This document shows, piece by piece, positions 36,510 to 43,904 of a DNA stretch of 61,170 nt (within the stretch, counting starts at the first letter, position 1; each line of letters starts with the position of its first letter). This DNA comes from a virus (lineage: Duplodnaviria; Caudoviricetes): the IMG/VR virus record IMGVR_UViG_3300026039_000012, positions 1 through 61,170 of that record; one strand, written 5' to 3'. The position numbers and the translations under genes are program-made. The notes under the pieces were generated by a model. The model did no database searches and had not been told where the DNA came from. It worked only from the letters and a program-made list of their open reading frames with translations.

Positions 36510-36929
36510 TCAGAGTGTGGCCCTCTTTCGGCGGTCAGCACTGGGCTCGTACGCAGTCACCAGGACCGGCCAGCCTCGCCACTCCCCAGCCCACCAGAAG
36601 TGACCTTGGTTCGGGGTACTCATGGGAGAGACTGGCAATCCGATCTTCTGCGCGAGCGCCTCGGCGTCCTCTCGGCGGTCGAAGTGCACCGAGATATTCC
36701 CCGAGGGATAAGGAGCGACAGTCACCGAGACCATCTTGGTTCCCTCCGGGACCATCCCCATGATCGTGTAGATCACTCGGCAGGAGTCCCTGATGCGGGC
36801 GACAGGCTCCACCTCGGTGAACGGTGGGACCTGAACCTGCCCCTCGAAGTCGGTCTGTCCCCCACTGGTGTCGTGCATGTCGCACGGATGACCCAGCTCG
36901 TCGCAGGTGCACTCTCGTTCGTCGTTCAT
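36510..36929 (-). CDS. Hypothetical protein, paralog of 36932..37249
   Basis: DAEALAQKIGL...GHFWWAGEWRG..VLVTAY. Confidence 0.6.
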   Translation of the reverse strand: MNDERECTCDELGHPCDMHDTSGGQTDFEGQVQVPPFTEVEPVARIRDSCRVIYTIMGMVPEGTKMVSVTVAPYPSGNISVHFDRREDAEALAQKIGLPVSPMSTPNQGHFWWAGEWRGWPVLVTAYEPSADRRKRATL

Positions 36930-36931
36930 GA

Positions 36932-37249
36932 TCAGTCCTTCTCATCTTCGGCTGACACGTACGCAATAACGGTGACCGGGGTTCTTGCCCCACCCCACCT
37001 GCCTTCCCAGACGTAATGGCCTGGTGTCTTCGACCTCTCACTGTTCTTCCTGAGGCCAAGTGACTCGGCAAGTACCTGTGCGTCCTTACTGACGGGCATC
37101 TGGACGACAACAGAGGTGATGATCTGGTCATCCTGCGGATAGATAGTCAGGGCTGTCAGAGGGACTTCCTCTGGGATCAGGTCCATGATCCTGGAGGCAG
37201 TCTCCAGGGCGTACTTCGCTGTTACTACGTGGCTGGTCATGGCTATCAC
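36932..37249 (-). CDS. Hypothetical protein, paralog of 36510..36929
   Basis: DAQVLAESLGL...GHYVWEGRWGG..VTVIAY. Confidence 0.6.
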   Translation of the reverse strand: MIAMTSHVVTAKYALETASRIMDLIPEEVPLTALTIYPQDDQIITSVVVQMPVSKDAQVLAESLGLRKNSERSKTPGHYVWEGRWGGARTPVTVIAYVSAEDEKD

Positions 37250-37657
37250 TCACTTCATGCGGATAGCAGGGCGAACAGGTGCGGGTGCTGGACGAGGAGC
37301 AGCAGGGCGCGGAGCGGGTGCCTTGTTCTGCTGACGGTTCACAGACGACGGTGCCTTGTTCTGCTGCTTCACGACAGGGGCAGCACTCCGACCCTTGGCA
37401 GGGGCGTTCATCTTCACCGCGGCGCTCACGGGCTTTTTGCGAGTTCCTCCCGAGGCAACGCGCCCGATGGCGGGGATGTCGTACCAGACCGGAATGAAGT
37501 ACCAGACCGCCTCGGTTCCTCCGTCACACGCTGAGGGGTCCATCCTCGTCTGGGTGGTTTCGTTCACGCACACCTGGTAGTACCCGTCGTCTTCCTCAGC
37601 ACACCCGGTGAGGGAGAGGAGTGCCAGGGGGATGAGGAGCAGAGGGCTGATCTTCAT
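37250..37657 (-). CDS. Putative lipoprotein with Pro/Lys/Arg-rich tail
   Basis: MKISPLLLIPLALLSLTG-C lipobox; CV...R..PSAC...WYF. Confidence 0.68.
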   Translation of the reverse strand: MKISPLLLIPLALLSLTGCAEEDDGYYQVCVNETTQTRMDPSACDGGTEAVWYFIPVWYDIPAIGRVASGGTRKKPVSAAVKMNAPAKGRSAAPVVKQQNKAPSSVNRQQNKAPAPRPAAPRPAPAPVRPAIRMK

Positions 37658-37737
37658 GGTGTTCTCCTGTGAGTAGTCGATCTTGGTGAGTGTGGCCGCG
37701 GGGGAGTTCTCACGGCCAGCGCCCATGTGCCTATTCG

Positions 37738-38067
37738 TCAGACTGCCGAGGTGCTCTTGACGCTCCGGTGAGCTTCCTCGGTGAACTGGAACCCGAGCAG
37801 TGCCAGCCGGTCGAGGGCGAGTTTCTCGGCCAGCTCAGTGGCCTCGGCGTACGTCTTCGGGGAGGCGTTGACCGGAGAGAGGGTCATCACCCCGTCGACG
37901 AGCTGGAGAGTCTCGATCTTCCACTCGATCCGCAGAGTCCCTGTTGGGGCGAAGACCCGGGCGAGTGTCCACTGTGGACCACCCTGGACACCTGCCGTGA
38001 GCATGTTGTGGGAGTGAGTGTCCGAGTCGGGCTTGCTAATCCAGGTGAGTCTCACGGGAGTGGCCAT
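37738..38067 (-). CDS. Hypothetical protein
   Basis: First gene after promoter copy 9. Confidence 0.6.
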   Translation of the reverse strand: MATPVRLTWISKPDSDTHSHNMLTAGVQGGPQWTLARVFAPTGTLRIEWKIETLQLVDGVMTLSPVNASPKTYAEATELAEKLALDRLALLGFQFTEEAHRSVKSTSAV

Positions 38068-38088
38068 GGTCTTCTCTCTTCCCTCGGT

Positions 38089-38122
38089 GTGTAGGTCTAG
38101 TGTAACACACTACGACTACATA
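38089..38122 (-). promoter_or_regulatory. Repeated promoter/operator, copy 9 (full palindrome)
   Basis: TGTAggtctagTGTAACACActacgacTACA. Confidence 0.8.
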
Positions 38123-38250
38123 TGAAGTATCGAGAGGGATATTTTTCGAGATGATCTGAACATCCCCACAGACGCAGACAGCGCCCGCAGGGGGTCTGAG
38201 GCCCTGTGAGCGCTGCCTGGTCTTGCAACTGGCGTCAGGTCGAGAGTAGC

Positions 38251-38526
38251 TCAGTCGTCGAAGCGAGCAACGACGTCGGCGGCGGGGCACTCGTCGAAGA
38301 TCTTGTCCCAGTCGATGCCCTCGACCAGGTGCTCGTGATCGACCCGGTACATGTCCACGACACCTTCTGGGGTGTCGACCAGGATGAACGAGGGAACGAC
38401 CTCACGCACGGCCAGCTGGAGCTCGGTGAGCCAAGCTCCCCAGATCCCGTAGTCACTGAGGTGCGCCGGGATGTCCGTCGCGAACCACTCGTCGTTGATC
38501 TTGGCGTTGAGCGTCTGCGTGGCCAT
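38251..38526 (-). CDS. Acidic hypothetical protein
   Basis: MATQTLNAKINDEWF... with GAAGGA RBS after promoter copy 10. Confidence 0.65.
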   Translation of the reverse strand: MATQTLNAKINDEWFATDIPAHLSDYGIWGAWLTELQLAVREVVPSFILVDTPEGVVDMYRVDHEHLVEGIDWDKIFDECPAADVVARFDD

Positions 38527-38543
38527 GGTGTTCCTTCCCTCGT

Positions 38544-38577
38544 TGGTAGGCTTAGTGTAACACACTAGCTCTACATA
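38544..38577 (-). promoter_or_regulatory. Repeated promoter/operator, copy 10
   Basis: GGTAggcttagTGTAACACActagctcTACA. Confidence 0.78.
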
Positions 38578-38578
38578 A

Positions 38579-38613
38579 GGAAACCCCACCTGTCTCAGAC
38601 AGGCGGGGCTCCC
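38579..38613 (-). terminator. Intrinsic terminator
   Basis: Minus strand GGGAGCCCCGCCTGTC-TGA-GACAGGTGGGGTTTCC. Confidence 0.68.
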
Positions 38614-38626
38614 CCTCGAAGTCAGG

Positions 38627-38896
38627 TCAGGTGAGGTCAGGTTCCTGGGAGCTGAGCACGAGAATCGTCTCCGCTTCTGCGGTAGCAGCGTGATAGAAGT
38701 ACCCGCTCCACATGTGGGCGAAGGACTTGTCTTCCGGCCCCAGCTCCGAGTCATGGATGATCTTCTGAGCTTTCGCCACACTGTCAGGACTGGACGGGAT
38801 GAACCGGAGTAGCTCCCGCTCCGTACCGTCTTCGAACAGGATGACCTCCTCGTCAACCTGCTGCATGAGGTACCGCTCACTCGGTAGACGTGCCAT
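38627..38896 (-). CDS. Hypothetical protein
   Basis: Packed ORF, AGGGGAG RBS. Confidence 0.55.
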   Translation of the reverse strand: MARLPSERYLMQQVDEEVILFEDGTERELLRFIPSSPDSVAKAQKIIHDSELGPEDKSFAHMWSGYFYHAATAEAETILVLSSQEPDLT

Positions 38897-39146
38897 GACT
38901 AGCTCCCCTGTCATCTGTAATCAGTCGGTGCAGTGCACTTACGGACAGGCCAGCCACAACCGAGAACAGGCCGACCTCGATCTCTGACAGCAACGACCCC
39001 TGAAGCGCGGCCAGGATATTGAGGACTGCCGTCCCCACCCCGAGACCTGTGCACGTCAGGCGTTGCCACTGTTTCTGGAAGTGGTTCGTCTGCCGGATGA
39101 GCTGAATTGCGAGAGCCCCCACGAGGACCGTGAGAACCGCCTCCAT
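38877..39146 (-). CDS. Small membrane protein (about 3 TM helices)
   Basis: MEAVLTVLVGALAI...LGVGTAVLNILAAL...VGLFSVVAGLSV. Confidence 0.55.
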   Translation of the reverse strand: MEAVLTVLVGALAIQLIRQTNHFQKQWQRLTCTGLGVGTAVLNILAALQGSLLSEIEVGLFSVVAGLSVSALHRLITDDRGASHGTSTE

Positions 39147-39376
39147 CACCTCATCCTCTCTTCCGGATACGTCTGTATCCCTGTCGATTTCACCCAGTTG
39201 CTGACCCACACCGACTGCCCATGACCGTCGACCAGGGACGGCCAGCCTGGCGCAGTCGGACCGTCTGCGTTGTGGTAGGCCCGGCTGACACGCACCGCCC
39301 CGCAGCGCTGACAGATCTCGTAATGGTGGCAGCCGACGAGCTGCCAGTTCGGATCGCGATGGATGTGGAACCTCAC
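39146..39376 (-). CDS. Small Cys/His hypothetical protein
   Basis: HIH...EICQRCG; abuts its neighbours. Confidence 0.5.
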   Translation of the reverse strand: MRFHIHRDPNWQLVGCHHYEICQRCGAVRVSRAYHNADGPTAPGWPSLVDGHGQSVWVSNWVKSTGIQTYPEERMR

Positions 39377-39378
39377 GA

Positions 39379-39630
39379 CTATCCGACCGGGTCAGAAACG
39401 TCGCTCGCACGAGCCGCAGCGTCGAGACACTCCAGCAACTTCCTCAGCGCCACGGCTGCCTCTGGACCCTCCTGGTACTTCGCGATCAGGTCGGCCAGCT
39501 CACAGGCCACCTCGGTGATGCTCTCTCCGTCAGGGAGGGACCCTCCCCACTCCTCCGACTCCACCGCGTTATTCGAGAAGTTGTGGATGTGGTTCAGGAG
39601 AGACTCGATAGAGGGGTGCATCCTTGCCAT
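39379..39630 (-). CDS. Small helical-hairpin protein, diverged paralog 3
   Basis: GPEAAVALRKLLECLDAAARA matches the C-terminal helix of the 983 and 55869 proteins. Confidence 0.65.
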   Translation of the reverse strand: MARMHPSIESLLNHIHNFSNNAVESEEWGGSLPDGESITEVACELADLIAKYQEGPEAAVALRKLLECLDAAARASDVSDPVG

Positions 39631-39700
39631 ATCTTCTCCAGAGCTCGTCAGGTCGGCTCTCTGCCGACGACGCCCCGTGGGGCGTTTCGCTCGTGGGCTG

Positions 39701-40057
39701 TTACTCTCCTCGCTGGGCCGCGCCCGGCTGCCTCTCTCCCTTCACGGGACAAGACGTCTCTGACTCACCGGGCCCACTACCTTCCTCAGGCTGGGGAGGC
39801 GAGATGACCCCCGCCACTCGGTACAGATCCTCACCGGACGCCTCCAGCAAGATCCGAGCAACTTCCTTGATCGGGAGATTTACGCGGAACGCGTCCCCTC
39901 CGTGGTGGGGGTCGATCCACGTCGTGGTCTTCGTCGAGGGGTAAGCCGCTCCGACGTAGGCCGGAGACAGTAGGACATATGCATCAGGATCGTTCACGCT
40001 GTCCAGAGGCAAGTACACGAAGGGTGCAGGCGTCCTCTGGAGTTCCTCGGGGTTCAC
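39701..40057 (-). CDS. Hypothetical protein
   Basis: GTGA-coupled ORF. Confidence 0.5.
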   Translation of the reverse strand: MNPEELQRTPAPFVYLPLDSVNDPDAYVLLSPAYVGAAYPSTKTTTWIDPHHGGDAFRVNLPIKEVARILLEASGEDLYRVAGVISPPQPEEGSGPGESETSCPVKGERQPGAAQRGE

Positions 40058-40362
40058 ACGGTCTCCTCCCACTGCGATCGACAGATGTCGCACAGTGTGT
40101 AGTTCGGATTGTCGGCCAGCCTTGCGCTTGGAAGTCCGATCGGCGGACTCCCGTTCTCGCCCAGGATCCAATCCCTGGGGAAGCACAGCGCGTCGTCGTG
40201 CACGTAGAAGTCACCGGAGCGCCATGTCCAGACGCGACCGAACCGGTCTGTGATCGGCGGGTGCTCCAGCCTGTCCAGGTGCCGGATCTCAGCGCGACAC
40301 TCGGCGAGAGTGCTCAGAAGATCCTCCACGACCTGAGCAGCGCGGTCAGGGGGCCGGCTCAC
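40054..40362 (-). CDS. Hypothetical protein
   Basis: Packed ORF, C-terminal CDIC. Confidence 0.5.
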   Translation of the reverse strand: MSRPPDRAAQVVEDLLSTLAECRAEIRHLDRLEHPPITDRFGRVWTWRSGDFYVHDDALCFPRDWILGENGSPPIGLPSARLADNPNYTLCDICRSQWEETV

Positions 40363-40364
40363 GT

Positions 40365-40589
40365 CTACTCCCCCAGACTCTTCGCTGACTTCGGTGACAC
40401 CCGGACCCAGTGCCCCAGCGCCAGCAGTCCCTCGATGGTCCTGAAGACGTGCGACTCCTCGACCAGGAGTGTCGTTCGGTGGGTTGCTCCAGGCCGTCCG
40501 TTCGGTGTCAGCGTGGAAAACCTCATCGGTCTGACGACCTGCCGAGCCACACTCAGCGGAGCGTCCGTCACAATCTTCGTCAGCATCAC
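40365..40589 (-). CDS. Hypothetical protein
   Basis: Coupled to the whiB stop. Confidence 0.45.
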   Translation of the reverse strand: MMLTKIVTDAPLSVARQVVRPMRFSTLTPNGRPGATHRTTLLVEESHVFRTIEGLLALGHWVRVSPKSAKSLGE

Positions 40590-40885
40590 GCCTCCCGCCC
40601 CTTCGCTCGGTTCATCCGGCGGACGTAGGCCCGACGCTCCCTGGGGTCCATCCCTCCCCAGACACCGTCCGAGGCGTGAAGGATCAGCGCCCGCTCAAGG
40701 CACTTCATGGGCATGCGGCACCGAGCGCAGACTGCCTTGGCCTCTTCCGTCTGGAGTACGGACGGCCCGGTCTCCCCGATCGGGAAGAACAGCTCAGGGT
40801 CTTCCTCGAGGCACGCGGCCCCCTCCATCCACTTCGTAGGTAGGCGGGTGTCAGACCCCACCCGTGTGTGCACACTGTGAGCCAT
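40586..40885 (-). CDS. whiB: WhiB-family transcription factor (WhiB1-like)
   Basis: W..GAAC.EEDPELFFPIG.TGP....EAKAVCARC....C...GVWGGM...ER: four Cys plus G[VI]WGG. Confidence 0.93.
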   Translation of the reverse strand: MAHSVHTRVGSDTRLPTKWMEGAACLEEDPELFFPIGETGPSVLQTEEAKAVCARCRMPMKCLERALILHASDGVWGGMDPRERRAYVRRMNRAKGREA

Positions 40886-41388
40886 TACCGACCCTTCCTG
40901 TGAGCGCTGGTCACGATGTCGTCGAAGTTGTCGAGCAGATGTTCCAGGACTGCTTCGCGGGCCACGCGAGGCAGTTGGATCACCTGCGCCGAGTCGTCGT
41001 CCTCTGTCTCGTCCATTACGTCGAAGTCATCCGGAACAGCCTCGGCGCGCTGACGGGATGCCCGTGAGGTGCTCCCCGCTCTGGGGGTAGTGCGCCGGGA
41101 GGTTGATGCAGTCACCCGCTTCCGACGTACCTGAGGTGACTTCCTGGTCTGCCGACCTCGAGAAGGTCGAGCCCCTCCACCGATCATCTGAAGTCGCTCG
41201 ATCAGGACTCGCCATGGCTGACCGACGTACAACCATGCCGCCACCAGCGGGAGCAGCACTACCCACTTTCGGTCAGCCGTCAGGACTGCGGCCTTCGGGC
41301 TGATCAGCAACCACTCAGTGAACGCCCCGGAGGCGAAGAACGGAACCCACAACCGCAGAGGTGGGCCAAGTCTGCGTCCGTATTTCAT
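40885..41388 (-). CDS. Membrane protein with basic then acidic tail
   Basis: Two hydrophobic N-terminal segments. Confidence 0.55.
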   Translation of the reverse strand: MKYGRRLGPPLRLWVPFFASGAFTEWLLISPKAAVLTADRKWVVLLPLVAAWLYVGQPWRVLIERLQMIGGGARPSRGRQTRKSPQVRRKRVTASTSRRTTPRAGSTSRASRQRAEAVPDDFDVMDETEDDDSAQVIQLPRVAREAVLEHLLDNFDDIVTSAHRKGR

Positions 41389-41404
41389 AATGTCTCCCCG
41401 CTAA

Positions 41405-41926
41405 CTAATTGCAGATGAAAACCATCAGCCCCTTCGACGAGGCGCCGGACTGTTCACGTGGGAATGCGAAAGTCATTCCCGGGAAACTCCCCGAAAATGT
41501 GATGTACATAGCTGTCGCATTCGACACAATGTAGATTGTGTCTTCTCGAAGAATGTGTGAAATCTCTTTCAGCCTGTTGATATCGCGTAACGATACCTTC
41601 GTGTACGTGATTCCGGAGTGCGTTTCTTTACTGGTCGGAAACACCTCCACCGTGTACCCACTCGGAGGGACTCTCTGAGGGGAGTCACCCTCACCGAGCC
41701 GGACGATGATCGGCCTGGAGCAGAGGTTCACGTACCGCTGACCCTCGTGGACGAACTGCCTCAAGCCCTGGAACTGAGCCACAGACGGGCTCCTCTCGTG
41801 ATGTGCACGAGCTTGTGCAAGACGCTTGTGCAAGTCCTTGCACAACGCTCTGACCTGTAATCCCTCGCGTCTGGGCGTCTTCATGTGCACATGCGCCCAG
41901 GTGTTGATCTTGAAAGTCTTGATCAC
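41405..41926 (-). CDS. Hypothetical protein
   Basis: YVNLCSRPI...VPPSG...IYIVS pattern; lower GC; first gene after promoter copy 11. Confidence 0.55.
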   Translation of the reverse strand: MIKTFKINTWAHVHMKTPRREGLQVRALCKDLHKRLAQARAHHERSPSVAQFQGLRQFVHEGQRYVNLCSRPIIVRLGEGDSPQRVPPSGYTVEVFPTSKETHSGITYTKVSLRDINRLKEISHILREDTIYIVSNATAMYITFSGSFPGMTFAFPREQSGASSKGLMVFICN

Positions 41927-41978
41927 TGTGGAGTTGTCAAGGATCTCGGTCCGGGGAGAGTAGCTGCCCCGCCCCTTC

Positions 41979-42012
41979 GTGTAGCTCTACTGTAACACAC
42001 TAGCTCTACATA
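41979..42012 (-). promoter_or_regulatory. Repeated promoter/operator, copy 11 (full palindrome)
   Basis: TGTAgctctacTGTAACACActagctcTACA. Confidence 0.8.
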
Positions 42013-42043
42013 GCAATAGCCTCATGAATAAATCTCAGAAAAA

Positions 42044-42080
42044 GATGAGGACCTCGGGAGTGTCTCCGGAGGTCCTCGTC
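42044..42080 (-). terminator. Terminator after the holin gene
   Basis: GATGAGGACCTC / GAGGTCCTCGTC inverted repeat followed by a T-run on the minus strand. Confidence 0.62.
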
Positions 42081-42101
42081 CTGGTGGTGCAGACGATGCA
42101 C

Positions 42102-42425
42102 TTACTCGTCATACCGAGCAGCGCTGGCTGGTGACGTCGCCTGCTCGATCACGTCAGATATCCCTGTCGTCTTCCAGAAGTTCCGGTGAGCCGTCTGCGC
42201 TGCCACGATGACGACAGCGATGGCACCGAGGATCTCCTCCACGGAATGCCCGGGAAGTGAAAGATCACCACTGAGCCAGGCAGTCATTCCGCCGACTGCC
42301 GTACAGATCAGCACAGTGACGACGGACCTCAGCCTGTTGCTCCACGAGGGTCGCTGGACGACAGCGATCACCGGAGGCAGAAGCACCCCCAGTACCAGTG
42401 CCCAGGTTGTCAGGACTTCGCTCAT
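42102..42425 (-). CDS. Putative holin (3 TM)
   Basis: WALVLGVLLPPVIAVVQRPSWS...AQTAHRNFWKTTGIS..IEQAT pattern of actinophage holins; adjacent to the endolysin. Confidence 0.7.
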   Translation of the reverse strand: MSEVLTTWALVLGVLLPPVIAVVQRPSWSNRLRSVVTVLICTAVGGMTAWLSGDLSLPGHSVEEILGAIAVVIVAAQTAHRNFWKTTGISDVIEQATSPASAARYDE

Positions 42426-42540
42426 TTCTGCCTCCGTGAGTAGTCACGTCTGCGTCCTCGGCCGGTCGGCCTCGTGCCTCTAGCCTAGGGTTTCAGCATG
42501 ATCACCGAGTGCAGGCGCAGCGCAGGGGAGGGGTGGGGGA

Positions 42541-42900
42541 GTGTCTCCGATTGAGGTCGTTTTCGGGTTCCTGGGGATCATGGTCACCCAGGTCTGCGGA
42601 GTCTTGGGACTCTGGCTACAGAGCCGAGGAAATCACTCGACGCAGACCACGAAACTGGACGAGCTGGCAGCACAATTCCAGCGACACATGGCCCGATTCC
42701 ACCAGGTGAGAGGCAATCATGGCGAAGGTGAAGACACCGACACCTACGAAGATCATTACGACCCTCGGATTCACGACGACGGAGGCATTCCAGGCCGCGT
42801 GGAATCTCGGTCCAGCGCTGACGGTAGACGGGAAGATCGGCCCGGCAACCAAGGCGGCGGCACTCACCTCCTGGGGGAGGCACCTCCACAACCGGCCTGA
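42541..42900 (+). CDS. Possible single-TM lysis-associated membrane protein
   Basis: GGGGGA RBS; N-terminal TM helix then a coiled segment; the 3' half overlaps the endolysin out of frame. Confidence 0.45.
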   Translation: MSPIEVVFGFLGIMVTQVCGVLGLWLQSRGNHSTQTTKLDELAAQFQRHMARFHQVRGNHGEGEDTDTYEDHYDPRIHDDGGIPGRVESRSSADGRREDRPGNQGGGTHLLGEAPPQPA

Positions 42901-43276
42901 CCTCTCGGAGCACTTCTCTACGAGCGACTTTCGGTGCCACTGCGGAGGGAAGTACGCAGGGTGTCAGGGAGTCCTCGTACAGCGTGACCTGCTGATCGGT
43001 CTCGAAGTTCTCCGGACTCGGGCCTACCCGAGAGGCCTGGTCATCGTCTCCGGCTACCGCTGCGAGAGGCACAACGCGAAGGTCAACGGAGCAGACGGCT
43101 CGAAGCACGTCCTCGGTCAGGCCGCTGACATCAAAGGAACCGTCCCGATCGCGACCATGAAGAGCTTCCAGCTCTTCGGCGGGATCGGGTACAAGCGCTC
43201 AACTGGGAAGGTGACTCACGTCGACTGCCGTCGTGTCTCTCACACCAACCCCACCGTGTGGATCTACAACAGCTGA
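42719..43276 (+). CDS. Endolysin: peptidoglycan-binding helix plus peptidase M15A
   Basis: FQ...LTVDGKIGPATK PG-binding motif; SEHFS..DFRCHCGG, IVSGYRC..HNAKVNGA.GSKHVLGQAADI, THVDCR. Confidence 0.88.
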   Translation: MAKVKTPTPTKIITTLGFTTTEAFQAAWNLGPALTVDGKIGPATKAAALTSWGRHLHNRPDLSEHFSTSDFRCHCGGKYAGCQGVLVQRDLLIGLEVLRTRAYPRGLVIVSGYRCERHNAKVNGADGSKHVLGQAADIKGTVPIATMKSFQLFGGIGYKRSTGKVTHVDCRRVSHTNPTVWIYNS

Positions 43277-43298
43277 CCCAACGAAGTGCAGGCAAAAC

Positions 43299-43341
43299 CA
43301 ACGAGCCCCCAGACCTCTCGCGAAAGTCCGGGGGCTCGTCG
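43299..43341 (-). terminator. Terminator hairpin, best formed on the minus strand (possibly bidirectional)
   Basis: ACGAGCCCCC / GGGGGCTCGT; stem mismatches become G-U pairs on the minus strand and are followed by GTTTTG. Confidence 0.65.
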
Positions 43342-43449
43342 CTGGGTAGATCGACGCGGGGAGCGCCTCTCAATGCCTCGACGTGATGATCGCAGCGACG
43401 TCAGCATACGTGTCGGCTGACCCGCCCGCTACCTGCCCGGCGCTGTGCA

Positions 43450-43778
43450 GCCGCTCGATATCTGTGCGTGGCCTCGATCACGTCGAGCGCTCGCGAGCGA
43501 TCGCCATTCACACGTCGAGCGATCGGCAGACAGCTGGGAACGTCGGGTGTCCGGAGTCCCGAACACCTGTAGCAGATCGAGGCCTCAGCATGCACGCGTC
43601 GAACGCCTGTGACCTGGTCGAACATCATCGAGCACGTCTGTGCAGGGGGTACGTTCCTGTGCTCGCTCGACGTTGATACCGGTACGTTCCTGCGCTCGAT
43701 CGGCGAGCGCTCAGGCGAGCAGCTCCGAGCGTTCCGACGAACGTCGAGCGCTCGATCCGTCTTGGCCGATCGAGCATC
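43450..43778. repeat. Noncoding repeat-rich region; candidate clt (TraB-binding locus)
   Basis: ACGTCGAGCG at 43480, 43512, 43741 and inverted at 43664; GGTACGTTCCTGYGCTCG at 43648 and 43681; many further TCGAGC/GCTCGA cores. Confidence 0.55.
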
Positions 43779-43802
43779 GTGTGTTACACAAGACGTACAT
43801 AC
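43779..43802 (+). promoter_or_regulatory. Repeated promoter/operator, copy 12, the only inverted copy, upstream of the spd/traB operon
   Basis: GTGTGTTACAcaagacgTACA is the reverse complement of TGTA-N7-TGTAACACAC; its -10 reads TACACA. Confidence 0.72.
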
Positions 43803-43904
43803 ACACACGTTGACTCGCCGTGGCTCTGGCCAGCCCCGGCGACCTGGGCGGGGATACGCCACTGGCCTGCTCGATCCGGCGACTCCTCGCGAACTGGAGT
43901 CGTC

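Noticed and set aside
43401-43862. 153-aa minus-strand ORF and overlapping plus-strand ORFs in the repeat region
   Set aside because: Arg/Ser/Cys-rich composition driven by the repeats, no clear RBS, and overlap with the promoter motif; treated as noncoding.
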